DNA of 64,000 nt from Octopus sinensis (Eukaryota), in assembly GCF_006345805.1 (NCBI RefSeq), contig NC_043008.1, forward strand, positions 77,934,001 to 77,998,000, in the 5' to 3' direction. Under the pieces are notes generated by a model that was given only the letters and a program-made list of their open reading frames with translations, made no database searches and was not told the origin of the DNA. Shown here one piece after another: positions 13,148 to 28,017 of this stretch. Numbering within the stretch: position 1 is the first letter of the stretch; each line of letters begins with the position of its first letter. The position numbers and the translations under genes are program-made.

Positions 13148-13297
13148 GCGTGGCTGAGTGGTAAGAAGCTTGCATCCGAACCACATGGTTCTGGGTACAG
13201 TTCCACTGCGTGGCAACTTGTGCAAGTATCTTCTACTATAGCCTCGGGTTGACCAAAGACTTGTGAGTAGATTTGGCAAACGGAAACTTAAAGCCCA

Positions 13298-13384
<87 letters not shown>

Positions 13385-13593
13385 GAGTGTGTGTGTATGT
13401 TTCCCCGCCGTCGCCTGACAACAGATGTTGGTGTGTTTATGTCCTCGTAACTTAGCGGTTCGATAAAAGAGACCAATAGAATAAGTACTAGGTTTACAAA
13501 GAATAAACCCTAAAGTCGATTTGTTCGACTAAAGGTGGTGCTCCAGCTAAGCCGCAGTCAAATGACTGAAACAAGTAAAAGAATAAAAGAATA
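13147..13593 (+). mobile_element. tRNA-derived SINE with internal TA/TG microsatellite
   Basis: A-box-like TGGCTGAGTGG and B-box-like GGGTACAGTTCC, a CTTGTGCAAGT core-like motif, and a 3' tail GCAGTCAAATGACTGAAACAAGTAAAAGAAT; homologous to 41066 and 51074. Confidence 0.8.
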
Positions 13594-13611
13594 TATGTAC
13601 ATATATAAGCA

Positions 13612-14161
13612 GTATTCTGATATGTCTGGGGAGAGTCATTCTCTTTTAGTGCCTTACAATTTAACAAACCCTTTGTATCCTATTCCAGTCTTTGCTTCTA
13701 TATCTATGGCAGGTACCACTGGTCTCATTACACAATGTCATCTAACTTCTTTCTAGCACCCCTGTATACTCGAGCCCCATTACACATACATACATGCATA
13801 CATGCATGCATGCAGACATACATACATACATACATACATACATACATACATACATACATACATACATACATACATACATGTGTATGCGTACACACACTGA
13901 CTCACACACATGCGCACAAACAAACAAACAGAACGCTGCCTGAATAACGGACAGAAGCAACTACTGCAAAGTTTGCAAGACGCAACGAAAATTTGTGAAA
14001 AATAAGTAAACGAGTTGAAATTTTACCGGTTTGTGTGTTAAATTATAAGGCGCTAACAGAGAATGACTCACTCCGGACACAACAGAATATGCTTCAACAC
14101 ACGAACCCTCATAGAGAGTGTTGCAAGCCAAACCTAAAAAAGATATATATACGTATATATA

Positions 14162-14224
<63 letters not shown>

Positions 14225-14327
14225 AGAATTCACAAAAAGAAAACAAAAGACGAAGACACGTGGTGTAGAAAACAAACAGATGTATTAGTATAACGCTCGG
14301 GAAATGAAAAAGTCTTTAACGTTTCGA
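13612..14327. repeat. Non-coding repeat family with inverted partial copy (13612-13668 vs 14030-14092); homologous to 32170-32420
   Basis: Shared motifs TTGCAAGACGCAACGAAAAT and GACACAACAGAATATGCTTCAAC at both loci. Confidence 0.6.
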
Positions 14328-14878
14328 ACACCTATATCCACACTATGCAAATCCCTCGGGCATTTTGAAGAATATTGAATCGCGGTGGGTCATTGAAACC
14401 CAAGCTGTTGCAGTATCTCCTCCTGTATTATGTTGGAGATGCAGAGATCTTTGTCACTATGGAGTGGCGCCCTGTTCTGCTGTTTGTGTAACTTTCAATG
14501 CCAATACTTGATACAAGGCCTTCCAGGATTTTCAAGATGTATATCCTGGAATATCTTTCATGTCTTCATTCTAGAGAGAAGAGTTTTAATTCTTTCAATC
14601 ATTCCCAGTGACTAATACATTCGATTGAGACGATTTTCTTATTGTAGCTTCGTTTGATTGGTTCGAGTTTCGCCTTTAATTTTATATTGTGTAGTAACTA
14701 TATTTGAGAGCAATAGTCCAAGTGGCTGACAACGCGTGCCCTCCAAAGGACAATCACTGTCTCCTTTTATGTTGTATTGAAAATTCGGAGGATCCCTCCA
14801 AGCAGTCGTCTGCTTTTTATTAACAAATAAAAGATGCATCATTGCTCATGTCAATAACCAGATAACGCACTGATTTTC
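14328..14878 (-). mobile_element. CR1-type LINE 3' fragment (post-RT region), decayed
   Basis: Nucleotide similarity to 32720-33250 (GAAACCCAAGCTGTTGCAGTATCT, AGATGCATCATTGCTCATGTCAAT). Confidence 0.75.
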
Positions 14879-14977
14879 ATAGATATGTGTGTGTGTATGC
14901 ATGTATGTATATAAACATGCATATATATGTCTACATCTATATACATATGTATATATGTCTATATATGTATAAATGAA

Positions 14978-15028
<51 letters not shown>

Positions 15029-15059
15029 GTATGTATACATATATACATACATACATGCG

Positions 15060-16478
<1,419 letters not shown>

Positions 16479-16579
16479 TATATGTATATATATTTATTAT
16501 ATATATAACATATATAATAATAATTATTTCAGGAAGTATTATTCCTAACTTAATTTCTTTGTTGTTTGTTTTTTGTTTT

Positions 16580-16928
16580 GTTTTTTGTTTCAGCTCAGAG
16601 TTGCGGCCATGCTGATGCACCGCCGTTTTGCCCTACACTGTTATTACTAAGGGCCTCCTCTAATATGTGGCACTTGGTGAAGAATGGAGTTTGATATAGC
16701 TACCCTCATTTGCACCTCTTGCCGTGAGGTAGGTTCATCTGGGACTCTCGACAGGAAGAGGTCCAGCTTTGATTTAAAAACCGCTGCATCTACTTTGTGC
16801 AAGTATATATATATAAAATATATATATATATACATTATATATTGACTACATTCATCTATATATATGTGTGTGTATATACTTACATACATATATAGACATA
16901 CACACATACATATACATATATAGATAGA

Positions 16929-16963
<35 letters not shown>

Positions 16964-18790
16964 GCATACACGATAGTTTCCTTATGTCTGGTTCTGAATG
17001 TTCTTAGGATCCACCCAGCCAGTCGTTTGCACTTTGTCGCCATCCTGGTAATGTGCACATGGAAAGAGGTATCATCACTCATGTTGATACCCAGGTCCCT
17101 CACAGACTTAGGCTCTTGGATTGAAATTCCCTGTGGACCGGTGAACCTTGTAAGTTTAATATTCAGTTTTGGATGCTGGTAGCGCATGGCCTGGAATTTT
17201 TCAGCATTAAACTGCATATTATTATCCTCAGCCCATCTGTAGATTACGTCCAACTCCTGCTGCAGGTGTGCAACATCGCTGGGGTTCTGTATTTTCTGCG
17301 AGACTTTCATATCGTCTGCATAGCTGGCCAGAGTGGCTATCCGGGCATTTGAGGCATATCTGAGAGGGCGACTATAAAAAGCAGTGGTCCCAAGACAGTG
17401 CCCTGTGGAACACCGCTCACTATTTGTGTGTTCATAGAGGTGGCTCCATTAACCACTACTGCCTGACTCCTATCTTTCAGGAAGTCATGTAACCACAACC
17501 CACGTTTTCCAGCTATGCCGAGGTCACGAAGTTTGTGACATATCATACCATGAACCATCTTGTCGAAAGCTTTTGCAAAATCAAGGTAGATTACGTCCAC
17601 ATTTGATTTGTTGAGTAACTGCCTCAACACCCAGTCATAATGTTGTAAGAGCTGGGTCAGGCAGCTCCTACCTGGTCGAAAACCATGCTGGGTATCACTC
17701 AGCAAGTTATTTTCCTCAAGGAATGCGATTAGTTTCTTTCTGACTTTGCTCCATGACTTTGGTGATGTGTGAAGTCAGAGAGATAGGCCTATAGTTTTTG
17801 GCATCTGCTCTACTTCCCCCTTTATGTATTGGGCATATTATTCCCTCCTTCAGCTTGTTTGGCAGTTTGCCATTTGTAAGAAAGCTCTGGAAGAGAATCT
17901 TGAGGGGTTTTGCCAGGGTATGCTTGCACGCTTTGAGGAGGATTGCTGGGAAACCATCAGGACCAGCAGTTGAGTTTGCGTCCACTTCACCTGTAGCTAG
18001 TAGTACATCTTCTTTGCTAATGTCAATGTATTCTATTGTAACTGCATCGCTGGTTATAGGTGAGGCGGCAAAGAAGTTGACTGGTTCGTTCACTTGTCTG
18101 TGTTCCAACGGGGTGGTAAAGACACTTTTGAACTGGTCATTCAATATCTCACTGATCTTAGTTGGAATGTCTGTGAGGGAGCCATCCTTTTAGAGGAGGG
18201 GTCCTATCTTGTAGTGTACTGAGACTGTTTCTTTTGCGTAATGAAAGGTTTGATTTAATGTTTTTTATAACCCAGGCTTCTTTGTCTGCTTTCTCTCTCA
18301 CATAGGATTGTTGCAGCCTTTTTTTCGATTTCCATCAGTGTTGTTTTTAGGCGGGATTTTTCGCTACTTTTGGGATGTTGGTTGAGTCGATTTGCAACCT
18401 TCATCCGTCGACTCATGAGGATCTTCCTGTCTCTTGGAATCTTGCTCCTATTTGTTTTGGCCTTGTGCTCTGGGACAAATTTCTGGCATACAGCTTGCAC
18501 AGAAGACATGAAACATTCTAGTTTCATGTCAATGTCTGGTGTGGAGAGACATTTCGGCCAGTCCTCTCTGAGGATCTCTTTTTAGATCGATTTCCAATCT
18601 GCTTTGTGGAAGTTCAGAATGGAGAGATTTCGCGTGCTTCCTTTAGGCTGTATGTCTCTGGTTACTTTCAGTCCAAACATAGACAGCTCTATTATGTTGT
18701 GATCCGAGACTAATGTCGGTGTCACTTTCACATCATGAATGATGTCCATATTGTTCATGAAGTAGATATTCAGAATGTTATTCGCCCTAG
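16580..18790 (-). mobile_element. CR1-type LINE, same family, tail-to-tail with the preceding copy; internal deletion filled by microsatellite at ~16805-16967
   Basis: ORFs 17716..18144 (GPDGFP, NYRPISLTS), 17337..17705 (QHGFRPGRSCLTQL) and 16930..17310; matching 3' UTR. Confidence 0.9.
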
Positions 18791-18861
18791 TTGGTTGGTT
18801 GGTTTGAGTACAACTTGCTCAATTGTTCATTTTGAATTGATAAAAGGTGGTTATTTTTCTA

Positions 18862-18905
<44 letters not shown>

Positions 18906-20241
18906 AACAAGAAAATGGTGACGATGCACAAACGACATACGTAAGCCGGTAGACATTCTAGTATTATTCCAAAATATTTGAAAGTGTTAGAAGAATACAT
19001 ACACATGTAATAACTATGTGCTACATACACATGTACTAATATTACAGAAAAGAGCAAAACAGAAAAAGATCAGATTGGTAGTAGGTTCTAGTTTATTATG
19101 ACCGTTTCTGCCAAGAGGCAACGAAATCCTCCATGCCATCTCAATCTCCTCAGTGCTCTGCAGGGGTGGGCAGACAAAGTTTGGTTGATGAATGTGCCTC
19201 AAGGCTTCTTCAGAGTGTCTAAGCGGTTGGGAGGGTTAATACATATAAGAATCAGTTAACAATAAGTACAGTTTGTTTGTCTTTTTGAAAGGGCAGAAAA
19301 AGAATAGGAGCAAACATAAGGATGTTAGTGAAGCACAACTTATTAAAATTATTTGGATGCAGGAAGGGGAATAAGCTACACACTTCCCATGAGGGTAATC
19401 CAAGAACCATGTTATTTCGTTCAATTGTTGATAGGTGAATATAATCGTTCTCAGGGGGGGTAGGTTCAGTAAGGGTGAATTTAGGTAGTAGTTCGCATTA
19501 TGTTTACATAGAAAATCACATTATGTTTACATAGAAATACAGTGGTGGATTTGAAGGTATGGTCCGCGTTACGGAGGTGAACGTTTATATGTAAAGTGAA
19601 AGCTAGTAGGTACAACGTTGCGGATAGTATGGCATAAGCAGCCTATGATGGTGAACCCATTTCAATTACTAAGCGTTAGTATGTATGATAAACTAGTACC
19701 GCGTGTATTTTCAAAAGGTTCATAAGAGAGGGACCTTAGCCCCAGAGTATAAGCTAGGTTTATGTAGAGTATTCCTAATAGCAGTATGGAGTACTCCAGC
19801 AAGTATACATACAAGTATATCTACAGACACACAAATGCACCTATATTAATACTAATCAGATATACATTCACACTCATATCCGCATGTGTACACCATTATA
19901 TACATGCAAATCCATACTGGCCCTTACTCACACACTTGTCTCCACACAAGTGCACACAAGTATATATCCATTTCCACAACTATGGATACATATGTGTGTA
20001 AACATCAAAAGCCTGTGGTTTCTTACACAGCCTCTCATATATACCCATATATATATGTACATATGTGCATACATACACATGCCCATATCTATACCTATAT
20101 AAGCCTGTATATACAACCGCACACACAAACATATGTGTATATATGTGTATATATATATACACATATATACACATCCACATATATATGTACATATACATGT
20201 ACACAAAAATAGACTCACACATAATTATATATACGTACATA

Positions 20242-20293
<52 letters not shown>

Positions 20294-21258
20294 CACACAC
20301 ATATACACATACATACTTATACATGTATATATACACTCAAACAGCGCACACTCATACATACAGGCACAATAAACATACTCACCTATATACACAAAGACCT
20401 ATACCTACACATACACACACTGAAATAGGGTTACAATCGCATGTACTTATATGTGCACACACATACATGTATACATACATACATACATTTGCACACGCAG
20501 CATACATGCATATATTCGTACATACATACACTCAAAAGTATATTCTGGCACCTACATAGAAAAAGCTTAATTGCAAACTAGTTAAGGTGGGAAGAACCAT
20601 GGCATACAGCGCAATGGGGGGATGGATGTTGCATACATTATATGGTGACCATGTGCAGGAAAGTGTTAATAATACGAATATTGTTATTATGATACTAGTG
20701 GCGCTAGTGCTAGTGGGAATTAGATTATTATTACTAATGGTATTTTGAAAAGGTTTGCTCGGTCTTGTGAAAGCAGGAAACATTTCTCTCCTTAAGAGAA
20801 TTTACAAGCGGAAGGTTGGCTTTAATCATGAAAATTTCATTTACACATAACATACATATATTATATATGTAAAGTATATAACGCAGTTATCGTTGGCAGC
20901 AAATAAAAACTTTATTTGCCGACTTTCTTCAAAATTACTGAAAATCATATTAAGAAAATATAGGGTAGAAGAGAACATTTCTACAAGTGGCCTAGCATGC
21001 ATAAAATAGTCAAATAGACAACATATTTTTCAAATAAAATTAGTGTACATCTATACACAAAAGAGATTACCTCTTTTATTCTTTTACTTGCTTCAAGCAA
21101 TGTTTTCAATGAATGATCACGTTCTTCTCTGGATATCTGCACTACTCACATTATGATGGCTATAATCGCAGCTTTCTTTTTTCAATTCTTTATTTCTTTT
21201 TCGCCAGTCCTTTATTTCATCGTTTACTTAATTTATACCCTTCACATTTTCCCTATTT

Positions 21259-21314
21259 GTCTCCGATGATGGCATATCCCATATTTTAGGATACCCCAGA
21301 AACAGCTGTAAGAC
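21259..21314 (+). ncRNA. Minimal type I hammerhead ribozyme motif with U4C change
   Basis: gtct-CCGATGA-tgg..tatcc/ggata..cca-GAAAC-AGCT-GTA-agac; helix I gtct/agac is perfect. Confidence 0.6.
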
Positions 21315-21485
21315 TTAAAATTTTTCTAATAGTATTAAGATATATCATGAAATGTTTGTCTTGTCTTACCCTTTGTTGTCCTCTTTATACATACATGCAT
21401 ATATATATATATATATATAATTGACAGAATGAGATTTTAAAAAACCAGGGCAGTAAATAGATTTCATAACATTTATCAAGAAAAG

Positions 21486-21533
21486 GTCTTACAGCTGTTT
21501 CCGGGATATTTTATATATCCCGTCATCAGAAAC
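21486..21533 (-). ncRNA. Minimal type I hammerhead ribozyme, intact core
   Basis: Minus strand: gttt-CTGATGA-cgggatat(ataaa)atatcccg-GAAAC-AGCT-GTA-agac; 8-bp helix II, palindromic loop III, GUA cleavage site at 21490/21489. Confidence 0.8.
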
Positions 21534-22304
21534 GTTGCTAGAAAATGTTTGAGTATTGAAGAAGTGAGTTACATTAGGATATTGTATTTGCAGTTCCATT
21601 ATTCAAGTAGAATCGTGTATATAAGTGGTGAAAAAACTTTTTGGTACAGAAATTTTCTTGTACCTGGTGTGTGAGTTCCCAATGCTGGTTATATTTGTCG
21701 TTCCAAGCATAGAGTCTTGTAAAAGTGTTGGCCGATTGAAGTTTTTTTGTGTGAATTAAATTGTGTTGGTAGTGTTAATGGATAGATAGAGGGAGGAGAG
21801 ATATATTTGATTAGAAAGAAGAGATAGGTCAAATCGAAAACAGGAAGAGAGAATGGGAGGAAAAAGAGAAGAAACAAAAGGGAGGGAGACAAAAATGAAA
21901 TGAAGAGAGAGGGTGTGTTAGTGGCCAGAAGAAAGTGATAGGAGGAAGAGAGAGGTGAGTATATGTATGTGTATAAATGTGTCTATACATATATGAGCAT
22001 GCATACGGGTACATGTGTGTATGCATGAGTAAGTGTATAGATATTTTATATAAGTATGGATTTGTATGTGGGGATATGTAAATATATATATGTACACATA
22101 CGGGCCTGCGTGTGTATGTGAGTGTGTGCGGCCGTGTGTATATATACACATACACATGAGTATACACGTGTGTGTGTTTGTATGCATGCTTTTTTGTATG
22201 AAAAAAAATTTATATATATACAAAAATGGATACGAACGAGTGTGCATGTGTGTGAATGCGCGAGAACATACCCGAGTTGTATGCGTGTGTATGTCTTGAA
22301 GTAC

Positions 22305-22384
<80 letters not shown>

Positions 22385-22387
<3 letters not shown>

Positions 22388-23076
22388 ATTAAGGGCTCCT
22401 AAATAAGGATGCCAAGTGCTAGGGGCACAAAAAAAGGATAGATTTATCGAGAGTGAAAATCAAAAACATTTACCATTAACGATACATGTCGGACTGATCA
22501 GTTTCTACCTCTTTCTAGCAAAACAAACAGAATATGTTTGCTAAGGTCGGTTTCATCAGCGAGACACCTAAGTTAAATCGAGACGTGCAGCGCGTTAGAC
22601 CACGTGTTGATCTAAACAACTCGCAGATATTAACTTTTCAAATCTCTGCGCAGACGCAAAATCACCCGGTGATATAGGGCATGCCGGGAAAGAAATTTTA
22701 CGAATAAATCCATCAAGTAAAATGTAATATAAACAAAGGGTAATAATATGGATTACTATCAGTGGCCCAGCACAAAAGACGAATTAGTCATTAGACAAAA
22801 TATTATTCATACAGAAAAATATTATTCATATAGAAATATAATTAAGGGCTCCTAAATAAGGATGCCAAGTGCTAGGGGCACAAAAAAAGGATAGATTTTC
22901 ACTCTCGATAAATCTATCCTTTTTTTGTGCCCCTAGCACTTGGCATCCTTATTTAGGAGCCCTTAATTATATTTCTATATGAATAATATTTTTCTGTATG
23001 AATAATATTTTGTCTAATGACTAATTCGTCTTTTGTGCTGGGCCACTGGTAGTAATCCATATTATTACCCTTTGTT

Positions 23077-23085
<9 letters not shown>
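22385..23085. mobile_element. Non-coding HHR-bearing element: partial tandem (453-bp period) plus inverted copy (PLE pLTR/retrozyme-like)
   Basis: ATAATTAAGGGCTCC... recurs at 22385 and 22838; near-perfect ~180-bp fold-back centred ~22900; flanked by (TA)n. Confidence 0.7.
22487..22566 (-). ncRNA. Type I hammerhead ribozyme, intact core, GUC site
   Basis: Minus strand: tgtctcg-CTGATGA-aacc..ttagcaaa/tttgctag..ggta-GAAAC-TGATCA-GTC-cgaca; ACTGATCAGT is a perfect palindrome. Confidence 0.8.
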
Positions 23086-23114
<29 letters not shown>

Positions 23115-23519
23115 GTAAGATACTGCACGATTGGAAATATATATGAAAGAAGGTTTGAAAATGCAATTTTAAAGATGTTTATTCATTTGACGGTTTCACT
23201 TTTTTAAAAAAAGATTATCAAAAGTAAAATGTAAAGCTTTGTATAAGCTTTGTTATGTTAAGTACTGGTTGTTACAAAAGTATTAAAATACATATATACA
23301 TTCTTTGATAATAATAAGAAAATGTTCAAAACAGTTTACAAGGAAATATCTGAGAAAATATTAAACAAAAAGTCCGATAAAAATATTAGGAATTCAATAA
23401 AAATCATGTTTGTTTGGAACTATCTATATACTTACACAGAAAAGTATTAGAAGTTCAATAAAAATCATGTTTGGTAGTATTTATATACACAGAAGGGGAT
23501 ATACTTAGAAGTTTACAAA

Positions 23520-25195
23520 GAATTTGAGTTGAACTGACCTGTTTTAGCATTTTTTTTATTATTTGGTGCAAAGCTCAGGGTTGTGTATTATTTTAAGGGA
23601 CAGTGAGGGAGGTTGGTTGGGGTGAGGGAAGGAAGAGCAATGTGGAATTGAAAGGATTTTTGTGTCTGGGTTAGTCTGTCATGGTTCAGTGGTTTTGGGG
23701 ACTGGTCTTAGAGGTCAGAATTGTGTGAGTGTGTGTGTCACTGTGTACGTCTCTATGTGTGTATATATACATGTGTTTGTGTTTGTGTGTGTGAGCCGTT
23801 TTTGATTAGTTCCAGAGATTATTGTGGTGTGTGTAAATGTGTCTGTGTGTGTTTTATATTTGGTAGTATGGTGTGTGTGTGATTAATATTTGTTAGGGTG
23901 TTGTGTGTGCGCATGTGTGTGGATGTGTTTGTTCGCGAGTGTGAATGTGTGCACCTGTGGGTGCATGTGTATGCTTGTGTGTTTTTTGTGTTGGTGGGGA
24001 TGTTAGTGTGTGTACGTGAGTGTATGTGCACATGAGTGTGTGTGTGTCTCTGTCTGAGTATGTTTGTGTGTTTTTTGTCTTGGTGGGGATGTTATGTGTG
24101 TGTGTGCGTGAGTGTGTGTGTTGTGTCCGTCTGAGTATGTTTGTGTTTTAATTGTCCTTGTGGTGTGTGTGTATGTGAGCAACCGTATGTGTGTGTGAGA
24201 GTGCATATGTATGTGTGTGGGGGCTTGTGTAGGTGTGTATGTGTGTGTAAGTGTGTTGTATTTATCAGAGGTTCTGTATGTGTCCGTGTGTGTTGGGTTT
24301 ATCTGGGTGGTGTGTAATATTTCTAGGAAGCGTGTAGTGTAGGTCACCTTGTCTTCTGTCCTGCTGCATATGCACTGGATGCGTTCAAGTTCATATCTGG
24401 CGTATCCTAACTTGTCACCGAGTGGAAGCGCTGAACTGTAGTGGACAAATATACCACTACTGGTTGCTTTTCTGTAGAACTCGGTATGAATCTCTCCTTC
24501 TGTTATTTTCAGTTGGAAGTCAAGTAGTGATAGTGATCCAGTGTTGTCGGGATGTTCTATAGTGAACTTTATGTTCGTGTTCATGCTGCTGAACGTCGGG
24601 AATATTCTGTCAGCCTCTTCACGGGAGGATGTGAGTATAAGGATGTCATCTATATACCTGATGAAGAAGGCGCATGAGCGGCAGATGTTCAGTGCTCGAC
24701 GTTTCAGGTGATTCATATAGGTGATGGCTAGATACTATGGATCCCATGAGGAGACCTGTTGTCTGTTTCTATATGTGGTCCTGGAAAGAGAAGTATGTGT
24801 TGTCCACGATGATGGATAAAAGTTGATGTATATCAACTGTAGTAAGTCCGAAGCAGTGGATGTCGGACGCAATTATTCAGTCAATCAATAGGTCGACCGC
24901 CAAATGTGCTGGCACTGTTGTGTACATAGAGACAACGTCAAGACTAAAGACATATCTGTTTTGTCTGAGTTGATCTGGGGGGTAGTTGGCGCAGTCTTTT
25001 GATGACTTCATCGGAGTTCTTGACGTGTCCTTGGAAGGTGGAGAGTATGGGTTTCCGGAAATGAGAAAGTAGCCAGGGTATTTTATAAAGGGGTCCTTCT
25101 ACGCTGGAGACGATGGGTCTAATCTGGATCGTGTTGTTCTCCTTGTGTGTTTTAATGAGATGATAGAATCTGGGCAATATACTGAGTATCATTCT
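23520..25195 (-). mobile_element. Penelope-like element, RT fragment, degrading into CA-rich sequence
   Basis: PRFYHLIKTHK, IRPIVSS, SLDVVSLY-like, RYIDDIL, FTIEHP..SLSLLD, FYRKAT motifs (ORFs 24944..25192, 24003..24716). Confidence 0.85.
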
Positions 25196-25199
25196 TCAG

Positions 25200-27170
25200 T
25201 CGGAGAAGCGCACAGCTAACAACTTCTTAACCACCAACAACGAAGTCCCACCCCTATATGGCCTTCGCAAAGATCATAAGAGCCACATGGATCATATACT
25301 TGGGCCACCCACCCGACCCGTTTGTGGTGCCAACAGTGCAAACAACCACAAAATATCATATTTTCTCTCACAATTCCTACGACCATTAATAGAGCAATCT
25401 GCGGATGTATGTGACAGTACTGAAGACCTCCTTAGCAGGATCCGCGAATGCAACAACACATGTGACCTCAGGAACCACGTCGTAGGTAGCATGGATGTGG
25501 TATCCCTATACCCCTCAAACGATGTAGACTTTGCTGTCGATAAATGTATAAAAATAGTTAGTGAGAGTGGTATGATATTTAAGAATGTGGATGTATGTGA
25601 ACTAGGGCTCTTCCTGGCCCTGACGTGTACCAATGAATACCTATCGCGCAATAACCTTCTATATGCTTGTTCCACCCGTAACAAACGAGGTAGACCACTT
25701 ACCATTGCCTCAGCATACAGGAAGACTCACTGTGAGCGCTGGCAGGGATGGACGAAGCCCGCCTACCCACCTTCAAGTGCACACGACATTAGAACCATCA
25801 TCGCACATGCTATCGGTGTCAGCCTGAGAATTACGCTTAAAACACATATTTTTAAGTTTGACAACAAACTGTATAGGCAGACGAAAGGCAGAGCTATTGG
25901 GTAGGGATCGCCGGTGACGTTGCAAACCCCTTCAAGGTATGGTGGGACGAACAATTTAAACAGTGCCTAGCAAACCGTAACATCCACTTGGCTATGTACT
26001 CTCGTTACGTCGACGACATTAACCTTGTTATGAAATGTTATAATACAGACACAGTTATGGGCCCTCTACCAAGTGAAGAACAGGTGATGACATCTATACA
26101 ACACATAGCTGACTCTGTCCAAAACAGTATAAAAGTTACCGTAGACTACCCCTCTAAACACCCCAGTAAACGATTACCTGTCCTAGATACTGAGCTATGG
26201 ATAGAAGATGCTATGGTTAATGGAACCATTAAACCCTGTATACTCCACTCACACTATCAGAAACCGATGGCTAATCCACCCACTAGTCATCCGTAGTGAC
26301 TCAGCTATGTCGAATACTGCCAAACTCAACATCCTAGTGGCAGACTTAATTAGAGTAATGAGGAATGTATCACCACTATGCCAACCACAAGAACGACAAC
26401 AACACATCCAGCACTACATATTCCGAATGCAACGCTCCGAATACACACAAGACGATAGAGTCAGAGTGTACAAGAGAGCGAAAGCAAGATTCGAACGCAT
26501 TCTAAGGGACGACGAAAACGGTATATGCCCCCTATACCGCAACAAGTTCTGGAATAGGTTAGAGAGGGACACCAACAAAAGGATGATAAACGATACTTGG
26601 TATGATAACAGGAAATTTCACGGAGTAATGTTCGTTGACGCCACACCTAAGAACGAGCTAAGTAAGGCATTCAAGAAAATCCTGCGCACTACTGGCCTTA
26701 AAATCAAAGTTGTAGAAAAGACAGGTAGGACTATCAAATCGGCATTATGCAGAACATATCCATTTGATAGAATCACCTGTCAAAGTAATTGTGCAGTATG
26801 TTCGACAAATCCACATGTAAATTGCAAAACCAAGGGCACTGTATACCAGATTAAGTGCCAGGAGGGAGCTTGCGCGACTAACCCAGAGTCATACATAGGT
26901 GAGACTTCTAGGAGTATCAATGATAGGTTCAAAGAACACCTGGACAACTACATTGAAAGGAAGCCAAACTCCATCTTCTACCAACATGCTGTAGACTGCC
27001 ACAAGAGATCCTTAGGGAAACTTAAGTTGAACATCCTATCAACACATCCCACCGATGCAATGTTGAGACAGGTCACAAAAGCTGTTTGTATACAAGAATA
27101 CAAACCTACTCTCAACCGAAAATCCAAATGGAGTAACATCCAGATCCCATTCAGGAGGACCATTGTATAA
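25200..27170 (+). mobile_element. Penelope-like element, RT + Cys-rich linker + C-terminal GIY-YIG endonuclease, frameshifted
   Basis: PLYGLRKDHK, SMDVVSLYP, RYVDDI, LPVLD, YQKP motifs; CQSNCAVC...CKTKGTVYQIKC; YIGETSRSINDRFKEH (GIY-YIG). The Cys-rich linker suggests a Neptune-like clade (inference). Confidence 0.88.
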
Positions 27171-28017
27171 CCACCCCTCTCTCTCTCTCTCTCTCTCTCG
27201 TTTACATGATGAGAGGAACAAACACACACCCACACATATATATATGTGTGTGCGTCTATACAAACATATATGTGTATATATATATACAACCTTCAACAAA
27301 GTAACAGTCATGTACATAACTTGGACGGACACATACCAGTACACGGACATACGTTCCCATGCACATACACATGTACACACACACACACAGACGCGTCTGC
27401 CCATTCTCCTAGATACTCACATACATATGTAGCACATGAGTACAAACATACATAAATACCTACGTATGGGCATACACACGTACATACGCACGTACATGTA
27501 CGCACACACATACATAGGCACATGCATACGTGCGCGTATACATACGCACAGGCGTACGTACGTGCATACACACATACATACGTACATACATACATACATA
27601 CATACATACATGCACACATACATACGTATATATATTTAACCTGAACTAACTAGATGTAAGGGAGGAAAAAAATACAAAAAAAAACAAGCAATAGTAAAAC
27701 AAAAGTTTTGTGATATAGAGATAAATGTCTGATAATAGGTTTTAGAGTTTTATTTTGGGGTTGAGGGTCGTAAATCACTTCCTAGTTTCGGCGGGGAAGG
27801 TTGAAATTTGATATTATTGTGATGAGTGGTCAGTCTACATCTATCCATCACTACAGGTTTATAGCTTTAAGTTTATAGTGTGTGTGTGTGCGTGCATATA
27901 CACACACATACTTACATATATACATACATACATACATACACACAGGTGTATGTACGTACATACGTACATACATGCATAGATGCGCGTATACATACACACA
28001 TACATACGTACATATAT

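Noticed and set aside
14312-14327. GAAACGTT half-motif on the minus strand at a LINE junction
   Set aside because: The 5' core half is absent, so it cannot be supported as a ribozyme.
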